This document shows positions 44,219-54,064 of a stretch of 64,000 nt of DNA, one piece after another (position 1 is the stretch's first letter; each line of letters begins with the position of its first letter). The stretch spans positions 2,855 through 66,854 of the forward strand of contig JAFAHS010000411.1 of assembly GCA_019237115.1 (NCBI GenBank). Reading direction: 5' to 3'. The DNA is from Deltaproteobacteria bacterium. GTDB lineage: Bacteria > Desulfobacterota > Binatia > Binatales > Binataceae. Below the pieces are notes generated by a model that saw nothing but the letters and a program-made list of their open reading frames with translations, was not told the origin of the DNA and ran no database searches. Made by a program: the position numbers and the translations under genes.

Positions 44219-44294
44219 TGGAGCGGGTGATCGGTTTCGAACCGACGACCTCGTGCTTGGCAAGCACGCGCTCTACCAACTGAGCTACACCCGC
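44219..44294 (-). tRNA. tRNA-Gly (anticodon GCC), CCA encoded
   Basis: I folded it by hand: GCGGGTG-TA-GCTC-AGTTGGTA-GAGC-G-CGTGC-TTGCCAA-GCACG-AGGTC-GTCGG-TTCGAAA-CCGAT-CACCCGC-T-CCA, 76 nt. Confidence 0.9.
44227..44261. repeat. proximal att-like 35-bp repeat inside tRNA-Gly (tRNA nt 34-68)
   Basis: Identical to 12162..12196. Confidence 0.8.
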
Positions 44295-44343
44295 TCGCGA
44301 GGCCGGACTAAATCGTTTATCGGGCGTCTGGACGCAAGTCAAA

Positions 44344-44931
44344 TCAAACCGCCGCGCGCTTGCCGGCCGCGCGCAGGGCGGGCGGTCTCAGCGCGCGCAG
44401 AACTTTCAGGTAGTAATCGATCCCGGACCATACCGTGACCACCAGCGCGATCCACAGCACGAACATCCCGAATGCGAAGCAATCGACGTGAAAGTATGTG
44501 TAGTGAATGAGCAACCCGTGAATCGCGATGACCTGGATCGTCATCTTGTACTTGCCGAGCTCGTCGGCGCCCATCACCATTCCTTCGGCCGCCGCAACCG
44601 CGCGCAGACCGGTCACCATGATTTCCCGGATCACCAGCACCACCACCATCCAGGCGGGAACATGGGGCGAGCGCGCCATCCCGGCGAGCATGATGAGTGC
44701 GGTCGTAACCACCAGCTTGTCGGCCATCGGGTCGAGGAACTTCCCGATCGCGGTCACGGAATTGTAGCTGCGCGCTATGTACCCGTCGAAGAAGTCGGTG
44801 ATGGTCGCGAAGAAGAATACCGTCGCCGCGATCGCAGACGGCAGCGGTCCCGTGTGCATCAGCAGCCAGACCAGAAGCGGCACACAGGCGATCCGGAGGA
44901 GAGTCAGGACATTTGGCGTCGTCAGTTCCAC
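44344..44931 (-). CDS. pgsA: CDP-diacylglycerol--glycerol-3-phosphate 3-phosphatidyltransferase
   Basis: 195 aa. 'PNVLTLLRI...ITDFFDGYIARSYN.VTAIGKFLDPMADKL' is the CDP-alcohol transferase motif. Confidence 0.85.
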   Translation of the reverse strand: MELTTPNVLTLLRIACVPLLVWLLMHTGPLPSAIAATVFFFATITDFFDGYIARSYNSVTAIGKFLDPMADKLVVTTALIMLAGMARSPHVPAWMVVVLVIREIMVTGLRAVAAAEGMVMGADELGKYKMTIQVIAIHGLLIHYTYFHVDCFAFGMFVLWIALVVTVWSGIDYYLKVLRALRPPALRAAGKRAAV

Positions 44932-45118
44932 GCCTCACTCCGCAGCGGCACCTGTTTTCGACAATAAGGCAATCCGATAACTGGCGCAAATTGGCCGTTT
45001 GCGGGGCGGATCGAGATGAAACCCGACCACATTGTTGTTGACTGGTAACAGTTCTGCAACGTAGCGTCTCTCTAAGGGTCCCCATGTCAGCAGCGGACCA
45101 AAGAGTGGGCAGGGTTGG

Positions 45119-46720
45119 ATGAAGCATCGGTTCCAGAGTGATTTTCTCGTCATTGGTGGCGGTATTGCAGGGCTGATGTTCGCGATTCGTGCCTCGGAAT
45201 TCGGCACCGTCACGGTGCTGACCAAAGCCGAGAGCACCGAAGCCAATACCGCTTACGCGCAGGGCGGGATTGCCAGCGTCTGGAGCGTGCACGACTCGTT
45301 CGAATCGCACATCGAGGACACCCGGCGCGCGGGCGCCGGGCTCTGCGATCGCGCCGCCGTGGAAAGCATCGTTCGCGAAGGTCCGGACGTGGTCCGCGAG
45401 TTGATCCGGCTCGGCACTCAGTTCAGCAAGTTCGAACATGGCGACGAGGATGAATATGACCTCGGGCGCGAGGGCGGCCACAGCCATCGCAGGGTGCTGC
45501 ACGCGCAGGATTTGACCGGGCAGGAAATAATGCGTGCTCTGACCGACGCGGCCCGCGCCATCAAGAATATCCGCACCCTGGAAAATCACGTCGCGGTCAA
45601 CCTGCTGGTGGAAAGTTCCTTGGACGGTAGGCCGGGTGCGTGCTGGGGCGTTTACGCGTACGACCGCAAGTCGCAGACGGTTAACCGGATTCTGGCGCGC
45701 GCGACTCTGCTCGCCACCGGCGGCGCGGGCAAGGTCTATCTCTACACCACCAACCCGGACATCGCGTCGGGGGATGGGGTCGCGATGGCGTATCGCGCCG
45801 GCGCGACCATCGCGAACATGGAGTTCTACCAGTTCCATCCGACCTGCCTGTTCCATCCGGCGGCAAAATCTTTCCTGATCTCCGAAGCTCTGCGCGGGGA
45901 AGGTGCGATCCTGCGGCTGCCCGACGGAACTCCGTTCATGAAGAACTACCACCCGGACGCGGAGCTGGCGCCGCGCGACGTGGTCGCACGTGCCATCGAC
46001 TCCGAGATGAAGCGGCACGGCCTGGACAACGTCCTGCTTGACTTGAGTCATCGCGATGCCGACTTCATCCGCGGGCGCTTCCCGAATATCTACCGGCGAT
46101 GTCTCAACTTCGGCTTCGATCTCACCACCGGTCCGATTCCGGTGGTTCCGGCGGCGCACTACATGTGCGGCGGTGTACAGACCGATCTGAATGCCGCGAC
46201 GGGAATTCCCCGTCTCTACGCGGCCGGCGAAGTCGCCATGACCGGCTTGCATGGCGCAAATCGTCTGGCATCGAACTCTCTTCTGGAAGCGGCGGTCATG
46301 GGGCGGCGCGGAGCCAATGCCGCAGTCGAGATGATCAGATCGGCCAAGGGCGCGCCGCCAGAGTTCCCGGAGTGGGACCCGGGCCGCGCGATTCGAAGCG
46401 AGGAGCGGGTGCTGATCACGCAGAGCTGGGACGAGATCCGCCGCCTGATGTGGAACTACGTCGGAATAGTCCGCAGCGATCGCCGCCTGGAGCGGGCGTT
46501 GCGGAGGATCGAGTTAATCAAGGAAGAGATTCACACCTACTACTGGTACCACACGATCGATTCCGACCTGGTCGAACTGCGCAACCTGGCAACAGTGGCC
46601 GAACTCGTCATTCGCTCGGCAAGGGCGCGCAAGGAATCGCGCGGGCTACACTACAATATCGACCATCGCGACACCGGCGGAGACGAGTGGCTTCATCCGA
46701 CCGTGCTTCGCAGGGAATAA
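45119..46720 (+). CDS. nadB: L-aspartate oxidase
   Basis: 533 aa. 'DFLVIGGGIAGL', 'AQGGIA', 'MEFYQFHPT', 'HYMCGGV.TD', 'LYAAGEVAMTGLHGANRLASNSLLE'. Confidence 0.9.
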   Translation: MKHRFQSDFLVIGGGIAGLMFAIRASEFGTVTVLTKAESTEANTAYAQGGIASVWSVHDSFESHIEDTRRAGAGLCDRAAVESIVREGPDVVRELIRLGTQFSKFEHGDEDEYDLGREGGHSHRRVLHAQDLTGQEIMRALTDAARAIKNIRTLENHVAVNLLVESSLDGRPGACWGVYAYDRKSQTVNRILARATLLATGGAGKVYLYTTNPDIASGDGVAMAYRAGATIANMEFYQFHPTCLFHPAAKSFLISEALRGEGAILRLPDGTPFMKNYHPDAELAPRDVVARAIDSEMKRHGLDNVLLDLSHRDADFIRGRFPNIYRRCLNFGFDLTTGPIPVVPAAHYMCGGVQTDLNAATGIPRLYAAGEVAMTGLHGANRLASNSLLEAAVMGRRGANAAVEMIRSAKGAPPEFPEWDPGRAIRSEERVLITQSWDEIRRLMWNYVGIVRSDRRLERALRRIELIKEEIHTYYWYHTIDSDLVELRNLATVAELVIRSARARKESRGLHYNIDHRDTGGDEWLHPTVLRRE

Positions 46721-46801
46721 CACCGGGGCTCTGGAACCCCTTGCCCCCCAGCACGGTGGAATTGATCCAGGGATGAGGCGGCGCTGGCCGGGGAACGCGA
46801 C

Positions 46802-49138
46802 CTAGGACACCGGCACCGGCTGGCGGGTCGGGGCTTCGGCGTAGGAGAACGACAGCCCGTCGCCTTCCACATCCACGGTTACACGGCCACCCTTGGTGAG
46901 TCGGCCGAACAGGACTTCGTCGGCAAGGGTGCGGGCGATTTCGCTTTCAATCAGCCGTGCCAGCGGGCGCGCTCCGAAACGTGGTTCATAGCCGCGTTCT
47001 GCCAGCCACTTCTTTGCGGCAGCGGTTGTGGTCAGCACTACCTTCTGCTTGTCCAGGCGGTCCTGAAGCTCGCCCAGGAATTTGTCGACCACTTTCTCGA
47101 CCACCGGGGCACTCAGCGGAGCAAATTCGATCGTCGCCGACAGCCGGTTGCGGAATTCGGGGCTGAACATCCGCTCGATCACGGTTTTCGGCGTGCCGGC
47201 ACCTATCCCGCCGTGAAAGCCAATCATCGAACGTGCCAGCTCCTGCGCGCCGGCATTGGTCGTCATAACCAGCACGACGTTGCGGAAGTCCGCCTTGCGG
47301 CCGTTGTTGTCGGTCAGAGTCGCATGATCCATCACCTGCAGCAGGATATTGAACAGGTCCGGATGGGCCTTTTCGATTTCATCGAGCAACAGCACACAAT
47401 GCGGGGTCTTGTTGATCGCATCGGTGAGCAGCCCGCCCTGGTCGAAACCGACGTAGCCGGGAGGCGCGCCGATCAGACGCGACACCGTGTGGCGCTCCAT
47501 ATATTCCGACATATCGAAGCGCAGGAACTCGACCCCCATGGTCTTGGCAAGCTGACGCGCGACTTCGGTCTTTCCGACCCCGGTCGGACCTGCGAACAGG
47601 AACGATCCAACCGGCTTGTCCGGATGGCTGAGGCCCGAACGCGCCAGCTTGATCGCGCGTGCGACCGCCTCGATGGCGGTGTCCTGACCGAAGACCGCCT
47701 GCTTCAAGTCTTCCTCGAGGCTCTGCAAACGTGTCCGATCGGTTGAGGAAACCGTGCGCTCGGGAATCTTCGCCATCCGCGCGACGGTGCGCTCGATGTC
47801 GCGGACGCCGACCGTGATGGGGTCCAGTGAGCCTTTGGCACGCAGGTGCCCTGCGACTCCGGCCTCGTCCATCACGTCAATCGCTTTATCGGGGAGGAAG
47901 CGATCGTTGATATAGCGTCCGGACAACTCCACCGCCAGGCGCAGTGCCGGTGCGGTGTAGCGAACGTTGTGATGTTTCTCGTAGTACGACTTGAGTCCGT
48001 CGAGGATCTGTACGGCTTCCTCCTGGCTCGGCTCGAGCACATCGATGCGTTGAAACCGGCGCGCGAGGGCTTTATCGCGATCGAACGATCGCTTGTATTC
48101 CTGATAAGTCGTCGACCCGATGCACCGAAGGTCGCCGGAGGCGAGTGCGGGCTTGAGCAGATTGGAGGCATCCATGGTCGAGCCGGAGGCCGCCCCCGCC
48201 CCGACGATGGTGTGAATCTCGTCGATGAACAGGATGCGCTTGGGGTTTCCCACCACCGCCTTGATAACCGCCTTCAGGCGTTGCTCGAAGTCGCCGCGAA
48301 AGCGCGTGCCCGCCAGCAGAGCGCCCATGTCGACCGCATAGATCTCGACGCCCTTCAGCGCCGCAGGCACTTCGCCGTGATGTACCGCCAACGCCAGCCC
48401 TTCCGCGAGCGCGGTCTTGCCCACCCCTGCCTCACCCACGAACACGGGGTTGTTCTTGCGGCGGCGCAGCAGCACGTGAATCGCCCGCTCGAGCTCATTC
48501 TTGCGGCCAACCAGCGGATCGATTTTGCCCTGCGCGGCGCGTTCCGTCAGGTTGATGGTGTAGGTCTTGAGCGCCTTTGAGGGCGAGACCCTGCGCTCAC
48601 CTTCTTCATCGCCGCCGGCGCGCGCTTCGCGGCCCTCTTCGTCGTCGCCCTCTTCTTCGGTGCCGCCGACATCCTGGTCTTCGTCGGGGCCGGCCTTGGA
48701 GACGCCGTGCGAGATGAAATTGATCACGTCAAAGCGACTGACGCCATTCTCCTGGAGGAAAAGAATCGCGGGGGACTCGGTTTCGCGGAACATCGCGACC
48801 AGCACGCTCGGGCCGTTGATCTCGGTACGGCCCGCGGACTGCGAATGGAGGGCAGCCCCCTGCAGCGCGCGTTGCACGCCAATCGCGTAGCGCGGCGCGA
48901 CTTCCTCCCCTTTGGGCAGCCGCTCCATTTGCTCATCGAGATAACGCTCGAGCTTGCGCTTGAGGGCATCCAGGTTGGCGCCGCTGTGCTTGAGCACATT
49001 GCTGGTAGTGACGTCATGCAGCATCGCGTAGAGCAAATGCTCCAGGCAGACATATTCGTGGCGGCGATTGACCGCCTCGGTCATCGCAAGCTGCAGGGTT
49101 ATCTGAAGCTCCCGGCTGATGTTTATAGATGAAGGCAT
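46802..49138 (-). CDS. clpA: ATP-dependent Clp protease ATP-binding subunit ClpA
   Basis: 778 aa. Two AAA modules ('GEAGVGKTA', 'GPTGVGKTE'). Clp N-domain. Follows clpS. Confidence 0.9.
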   Translation of the reverse strand: MPSSINISRELQITLQLAMTEAVNRRHEYVCLEHLLYAMLHDVTTSNVLKHSGANLDALKRKLERYLDEQMERLPKGEEVAPRYAIGVQRALQGAALHSQSAGRTEINGPSVLVAMFRETESPAILFLQENGVSRFDVINFISHGVSKAGPDEDQDVGGTEEEGDDEEGREARAGGDEEGERRVSPSKALKTYTINLTERAAQGKIDPLVGRKNELERAIHVLLRRRKNNPVFVGEAGVGKTALAEGLALAVHHGEVPAALKGVEIYAVDMGALLAGTRFRGDFEQRLKAVIKAVVGNPKRILFIDEIHTIVGAGAASGSTMDASNLLKPALASGDLRCIGSTTYQEYKRSFDRDKALARRFQRIDVLEPSQEEAVQILDGLKSYYEKHHNVRYTAPALRLAVELSGRYINDRFLPDKAIDVMDEAGVAGHLRAKGSLDPITVGVRDIERTVARMAKIPERTVSSTDRTRLQSLEEDLKQAVFGQDTAIEAVARAIKLARSGLSHPDKPVGSFLFAGPTGVGKTEVARQLAKTMGVEFLRFDMSEYMERHTVSRLIGAPPGYVGFDQGGLLTDAINKTPHCVLLLDEIEKAHPDLFNILLQVMDHATLTDNNGRKADFRNVVLVMTTNAGAQELARSMIGFHGGIGAGTPKTVIERMFSPEFRNRLSATIEFAPLSAPVVEKVVDKFLGELQDRLDKQKVVLTTTAAAKKWLAERGYEPRFGARPLARLIESEIARTLADEVLFGRLTKGGRVTVDVEGDGLSFSYAEAPTRQPVPVS

Positions 49139-49154
49139 GATCGGCGCGATGCCT

Positions 49155-49535
49155 TTACTCCTTCTCCATCGTGCACTTCAAGGGATACTCCGCCTGGCGC
49201 GCAAGTTCCTCCACCGTTCGCACCTTGGTCTCTGCGATTTCGAACGGATAGACGCCGGCTACACCCATGCCGTTCTGGTGCACGTGGAGCATGATGCGGG
49301 TCGCTTCGGCGTGAGGCTTATGAAAGACCGCCTTCAGCACCTCGACCACAAATTCCATCGGGGTGTAGTCGTCGTTCAGCAGGATAACCTTGTAAAGCGG
49401 GGGCTTGGCGGTTTTGGCCCTGGTCTTGGTCCGGCGTTCAGTGACGGTACCACCCTGCCCGCCCTCGTCGTCATCGCCGTCGCCGCCCGCGGTCTTGGCG
49501 AGCGTGATCCAGCGATATTTGCCGTCGCGGTTCAT
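49155..49535 (-). CDS. clpS: ATP-dependent Clp protease adaptor ClpS
   Basis: '[25 protein letters not shown]....A..IMLHVH..G....GVY..EIAETK'. Confidence 0.85.
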   Translation of the reverse strand: MNRDGKYRWITLAKTAGGDGDDDEGGQGGTVTERRTKTRAKTAKPPLYKVILLNDDYTPMEFVVEVLKAVFHKPHAEATRIMLHVHQNGMGVAGVYPFEIAETKVRTVEELARQAEYPLKCTMEKE

Positions 49536-49846
49536 AGACCTTGCTGACGTAATAAAGATAGCAGATCCTCGGCGATCAGGGAGCAGCCAGAAGCTTCTCG
49601 CAGATTGGCGACTTGACTTGCGTCAAGCGGCCCGCAGTGCTTTGACTCGGTTGACAATTCCGACCCAAAACTACGCCATTCTCGCAGTCACCGCTCTTTT
49701 GCCTGCGCATGGCAAAGTAAGCGCTGTCGCTGCTGCGTGCGCCCGGATGAGCGGAGCGCGAGCGATGGTTTGTTGGGTGCGCCAGGATTGTTAATCTTCA
49801 TCCGGCGCGAGGAGCGCCGCCGTGGACCAGAACCGGTCAGCCTGGG

Positions 49847-51085
49847 GTGTGCCGGGTTCTGGGAGGGGACCCCGCGTCCTCGCGTGAGACAAGATTGAAC
49901 GACGCCGGACAACAATACGAAGCGCAGATCATCGAAGGAATCGAGAAGGTGCCGCGCGACGATTGGGACGCGATGCTGGCGCCCGACGACTCGCCGTTCG
50001 TGGAATGGGATTGGTTGCGGGCGATGGAGAAATCGGGCTCGGCGGCGCGCGACACCGGATGGGCGCCCTTTCATATCGTCATCCGCTCACAGGGTGCGCG
50101 CAAAATCATCGCCGCGTGTCCGCTCTACCTGAAATCGCACAGCATGGGCGAGTTTGTCTTTGACCACGGATGGGCCGATGCGGCCGAGCGCGTGGGAATT
50201 CGCTACTACCCCAAGGTGGTGGTCGCAGTACCCTTCACGCCCCACACCGGACGGCGACTGCTGACCGCGCCGGGGACCGATCGCCTGACCCTCTGTGCGA
50301 TCCTCGCGAACGCTCTGGTTAAACTGTGCGACGACAATAAGCTGTCTTCGGTGCACGTAAACTTCTGCGCCGAGGATGAGGCCGGCCTGCTGGCGCGGGC
50401 CGGATTCCTGGAGCGGCACGGCTATCAATACCACTGGCAGAATGCCGGGTTCGCGACCTTCGACGACTACCTGGGGCGCCTGAAGCACAAGCGGCGGACC
50501 GCGGTGCGGCACGAGCGCAGCCAGGTCCGGGAGGCGGGCATCGAGGTCCGGGTATTGGCGGGGGAGGAAATCGCCGACGCCATGTTCCCGACCATGTTCA
50601 AGGTGTACCTGGCAACGATCGAAAAGTTGTACTGGGGCCGCCAATACCTGACGCAGGAATTTTTCACCCTGCTTCGGCGATACTTCAAGCGACACTTGAG
50701 ATTTGTCACGGCCCGGGATCGGCGCGAGATCATCGCGGGTGCGATCTGCCTGGAAAAGGCCGGCGTGCTGTACGGGCGGTACTGGGGCTGCTTCCGCGAG
50801 GTCAGGTTCCTGCACTTCGAGGTGTGCTACTACGCGGGAATCGAACATGCCATCGCCCACGGCCTGAAACGATTCGAGCCAGGGGCGGGGGGCGAATACA
50901 AGTGGCTGCGCGGGTTCGATCCAGCCCTGACCCGCAGCATGCACTACGTGTCGCATCCGGGTTTGCGCAAGCCGGTTGGAGATTTTCTGCGCCGCGAACG
51001 TCACGAAGTTGCGCGCTGGATCGCCGCGGGGGGCGAGCGCAGCCAGTTGAAACCGCCGCCGCCCAGTGACGAAGAGCAGCAGTAG
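49847..51085 (+). CDS. GNAT-fold acyltransferase of the DUF482 (FemAB-like) family
   Basis: 412 aa. 'WDAMLAPDDSPFVEWDWLRAMEKSG' and 'YGRYWGC...FLHFEVCYY..IE.AI..GL..FE.GA.GE.K..RGF'. The exact start is uncertain. Confidence 0.6.
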   Translation: MCRVLGGDPASSRETRLNDAGQQYEAQIIEGIEKVPRDDWDAMLAPDDSPFVEWDWLRAMEKSGSAARDTGWAPFHIVIRSQGARKIIAACPLYLKSHSMGEFVFDHGWADAAERVGIRYYPKVVVAVPFTPHTGRRLLTAPGTDRLTLCAILANALVKLCDDNKLSSVHVNFCAEDEAGLLARAGFLERHGYQYHWQNAGFATFDDYLGRLKHKRRTAVRHERSQVREAGIEVRVLAGEEIADAMFPTMFKVYLATIEKLYWGRQYLTQEFFTLLRRYFKRHLRFVTARDRREIIAGAICLEKAGVLYGRYWGCFREVRFLHFEVCYYAGIEHAIAHGLKRFEPGAGGEYKWLRGFDPALTRSMHYVSHPGLRKPVGDFLRRERHEVARWIAAGGERSQLKPPPPSDEEQQ

Positions 51086-51184
51086 AACGAACCCCGCGGA
51101 ATTCTTGCCCACCGAGATCGAGCAGACCCGGCAGCACCCTGGTTGCGACTCACAGCTTGGTCGTCCGGGTGCCCGGTGGTGGGT

Positions 51185-52447
51185 TTATTTGCCTTTACCG
51201 GCAACCATCGCGATCGGCGGAGCTTGCGGTTCCGGCACCGGCTCACCGGTGAGATTCACCACCTGATTTCGATACTTGGTCAAGTGCCCGCGCGCCACCT
51301 CGTAAGCCTGCTGTGCCCGACCGAGAGATTTGCCGATTTCCTCGAAGCGGTCCTCGAAATAGCCGAACGCGCTCTGCGCCTTGCGTAGTTCCTCGGTCGC
51401 GCGTTCGTAGCTCTTGGCGAACTCGTACATCTTGAAGACCATCTGGATGGACTGAAGAGTGATGATCAGCGTATTGGGAGACACCGCGAACACGCGCAGT
51501 TTGTTGAGGTACTCGCTCAAGTCGCCGTTCAGGACCGCTTCCATGTAGAGGGTCTCGCTCGGCAGATACATCAGCGCCATGTCGGTGGTGCCGCTTTCGG
51601 GCCGGATGTATCCGGCAATGCGGCGCGCCTGCTCCTTCATGACGCGAGCAAATTCCGCCCGCGCGGCGTCCAGTGCCGTCGGATCGGAGTCGCCGAACAG
51701 CGGGAGTACCTGCTCGCGCGGAAACTTCGCATCGATGGGCAGATTGCGCTCCGGAAATTTTATGATCGCGTCGGGACGTCCGGAAACGTCGGCTCCCAAC
51801 GACGTCTGCAATTCGTACATGTGTGCGGGCAGGAAATCCTCGAGCAGACGCTCGAGGCTGGCCTCGCCGAACTTGCCACGCAGATGCGGCATCTTGAGCA
51901 GATTGTTCAGATCATTGATCGAAGCTCCGATCGCCCCGACGTTGCGCAGCTGCTCCTCGGCGGCCATCAGGTGCTGCTGAACCTTCTCAAACTGCGCGAA
52001 GCCTTCTCTAATATTCTGATCGAGCTTGCTCTGCACCTGGTTGGTGATCGCCAGCAGTTTCTGATCGATCTCGAAGCGCACCGATTCCAGACCGTCGCGC
52101 AGCTGCGAAGTCAGCGCGGTGATCTCCAGTTTGAGAGCGCCGGCCTGTTCCTCGCGCCCGGCCTTGAGCTGCTGCTCCAGGTCATTTTTCAGCCCGAGAA
52201 AGCCCTGCGCGATTCGATCGGCGGTCTCCTGGCGCAGATCGCCCTTGGTATCGCTCAGGCGCCCGGCCATGTCGGCTGTCGCGCGGACGAACTTGGCGTC
52301 CAGGTCGCGCGCGACCACCTCGAGCTGCTTCACCAGTCTGTCGAAGGAATTTGCTCCCGCGTACGAGCGTACCAGGAGGATCGCGATTGCCGCGATCGCA
52401 ACCAGGCCCGTTACTGTCAGCGCCGCGACCAGCACCACCTCCACCAT
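51185..52447 (-). CDS. rmuC: DNA recombination protein RmuC
   Basis: 420 aa. N-terminal TM, coiled coil, and a C-terminal 'PDAIIKFPE...IDAKFP...MYLPSE' RmuC nuclease-like block. Confidence 0.8.
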   Translation of the reverse strand: MVEVVLVAALTVTGLVAIAAIAILLVRSYAGANSFDRLVKQLEVVARDLDAKFVRATADMAGRLSDTKGDLRQETADRIAQGFLGLKNDLEQQLKAGREEQAGALKLEITALTSQLRDGLESVRFEIDQKLLAITNQVQSKLDQNIREGFAQFEKVQQHLMAAEEQLRNVGAIGASINDLNNLLKMPHLRGKFGEASLERLLEDFLPAHMYELQTSLGADVSGRPDAIIKFPERNLPIDAKFPREQVLPLFGDSDPTALDAARAEFARVMKEQARRIAGYIRPESGTTDMALMYLPSETLYMEAVLNGDLSEYLNKLRVFAVSPNTLIITLQSIQMVFKMYEFAKSYERATEELRKAQSAFGYFEDRFEEIGKSLGRAQQAYEVARGHLTKYRNQVVNLTGEPVPEPQAPPIAMVAGKGK

Positions 52448-52546
52448 GTCAACCCCTCAGGCATTATCTTACCGCCCCTCGTTGCGGCGGTCTAATCGCG
52501 CCGATGCGGGTCTGCACAACCCCTGCTATGTTGCCCTGCACGGACC

Positions 52547-53788
52547 GTGAAAGACCTGCTTAAAAAGGGCTCCATCATCATCGTGCTTGGCACCGGGGGC
52601 GTGGGGAAAACCACGGTGACGGCGGCGCTTGGGATCGCCGGTGCGGAGCGGAATCTGGATACTGCATTGATCACGGTTGATCCCGCGCGCAGGTTGCGCG
52701 ACGCGCTGGGCTTGAAACGGCTCGGCGGCCGCCCCACCCGCCTCTCGCGCGGCCACCTCGCGGCCGCTGGACTTGATCCCGCGCTCAAGCTGTCCGCGAT
52801 GATGCTCGACGTGAAAGGGGCGTGGGACATGATGGCCGAGCGGTTTGCGCCCGATGCCGCCACCCGTCGGCGAATTCTGCAAAATCCGTTTTACGAGCGT
52901 CTCACCGCGGAATTCGCAGGGGCCGAGGCCTTCGCGGCTTTGCAGCAACTCTACGACCTGCACGAAACCGGAGGATTCGAGCTCAAAATCGTTGACACTC
53001 CGCCGGCGGCCCATGCTTTCGAATTCCTGGAAGCGCCGGCGCGTTTCACCCGCCTGCTCGACTCGCGCGCGGCACGGTGGATTTTTACCCCATCGCTTTC
53101 CGCGGGGCGGCTTGCGGTCAAGCTCGCCAGCCAGGCGGCGCGGTTCGTGGTACGCGAACTCGAGCGATTCGCGGGCGGGCGGGTACTTTCGAGTGTGTCG
53201 GATTTCTTTGCGGCAGCCTCGGAGAGCGTCGACGCGGTAGTCGATCAACTGCGCAAGACCGAGGTGCTGATGCGTTCGGACGCGGTGCGGTTCGTGATGG
53301 TAACCACACCGGAGGCGGACCGCCTGGTTCGAGCGCGGGAGTTGATCGACGAAATGAAGGCAGATGGGTTGTCGCTATCCGCGGTCGTGATCAATCGCTT
53401 CCTGGGCGAGCGATCATTGCGTGAGGCGGCACGTGGTTCGGCTGGGTCCGCGCTGGAATATCTCGACGAAATTCGCAGCCTGGAAGGTGAGCTCGCCGAT
53501 GATATCGCGAAGGGGAACGGTACCGGAGCAGTGATAAACCACCTGGTTCGCCATCGCGAACAGACCCGCAATGCGGTCGTTCGGGTTGCCGAATTCGCAA
53601 GGCAGATACCGCCGCAGGTAAAGTTGGCGGTCGCGCCTGAACTCGGGATGGACGCGATGCACGACCTCGGCGGGTTGCACCGAATCGCGGGATTTATGAC
53701 CAGCGGGATCGACATGGTCGAGGTCCTGGAAAACGCGGTTTCAGGCGGGAGCGTGGCGCGGCGATCCCGGCGCGCCGTGTTCCGATGA
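52547..53788 (+). CDS. ArsA/GET3-family P-loop ATPase
   Basis: 'IIIVLGTGGVGKTTVTAALG' deviant Walker A, 'DPA..L', 'IVDTPP..H'. Confidence 0.65.
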   Translation: MKDLLKKGSIIIVLGTGGVGKTTVTAALGIAGAERNLDTALITVDPARRLRDALGLKRLGGRPTRLSRGHLAAAGLDPALKLSAMMLDVKGAWDMMAERFAPDAATRRRILQNPFYERLTAEFAGAEAFAALQQLYDLHETGGFELKIVDTPPAAHAFEFLEAPARFTRLLDSRAARWIFTPSLSAGRLAVKLASQAARFVVRELERFAGGRVLSSVSDFFAAASESVDAVVDQLRKTEVLMRSDAVRFVMVTTPEADRLVRARELIDEMKADGLSLSAVVINRFLGERSLREAARGSAGSALEYLDEIRSLEGELADDIAKGNGTGAVINHLVRHREQTRNAVVRVAEFARQIPPQVKLAVAPELGMDAMHDLGGLHRIAGFMTSGIDMVEVLENAVSGGSVARRSRRAVFR

Positions 53789-54064
53789 ATGGTCGAGGCA
53801 AAGAGTGCCCGGACCGGGGCGGGATTAGATCAGCCGCGCGTGGCTTGAATCGCGGGGGGCGGCGCAGCTTCCCTTCCCGCTTCTCTTCCGAACTCGGACC
53901 CCGCAGTCTGCCGCGGCCAAACCGGCTTTCGCTGGCGCGGCTGCAGAAACACTGCACTTCACCGCAGGAGCTGCCGAAATAGCACCGGTGGCCCGTTGCA
54001 TCGGGCGGGCCGCGTGATCAACTTTACTTCTTTGTCGCCTGGCTTCGACCCGCGACTGACGACG

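Larger units (their letters stand above)
12162..44261. mobile_element. approximately 32-kb integrative genomic island at tRNA-Gly(GCC) carrying an eCIS operon
   Basis: Bounded by 35-bp direct repeats, one of them inside the tRNA. A tyrosine integrase (frameshifted) lies next to the tRNA. The content is a single phage-tail-like operon. Confidence 0.7.

Noticed and set aside
44339-46252. 637-aa minus-strand ORF spanning pgsA and nadB.
   Set aside because: It runs antisense to nadB, which has unmistakable L-aspartate oxidase motifs. It has an Arg/Gly/Ala/Pro-rich composition and no recognisable domain. It is a typical shadow ORF of GC-rich DNA.
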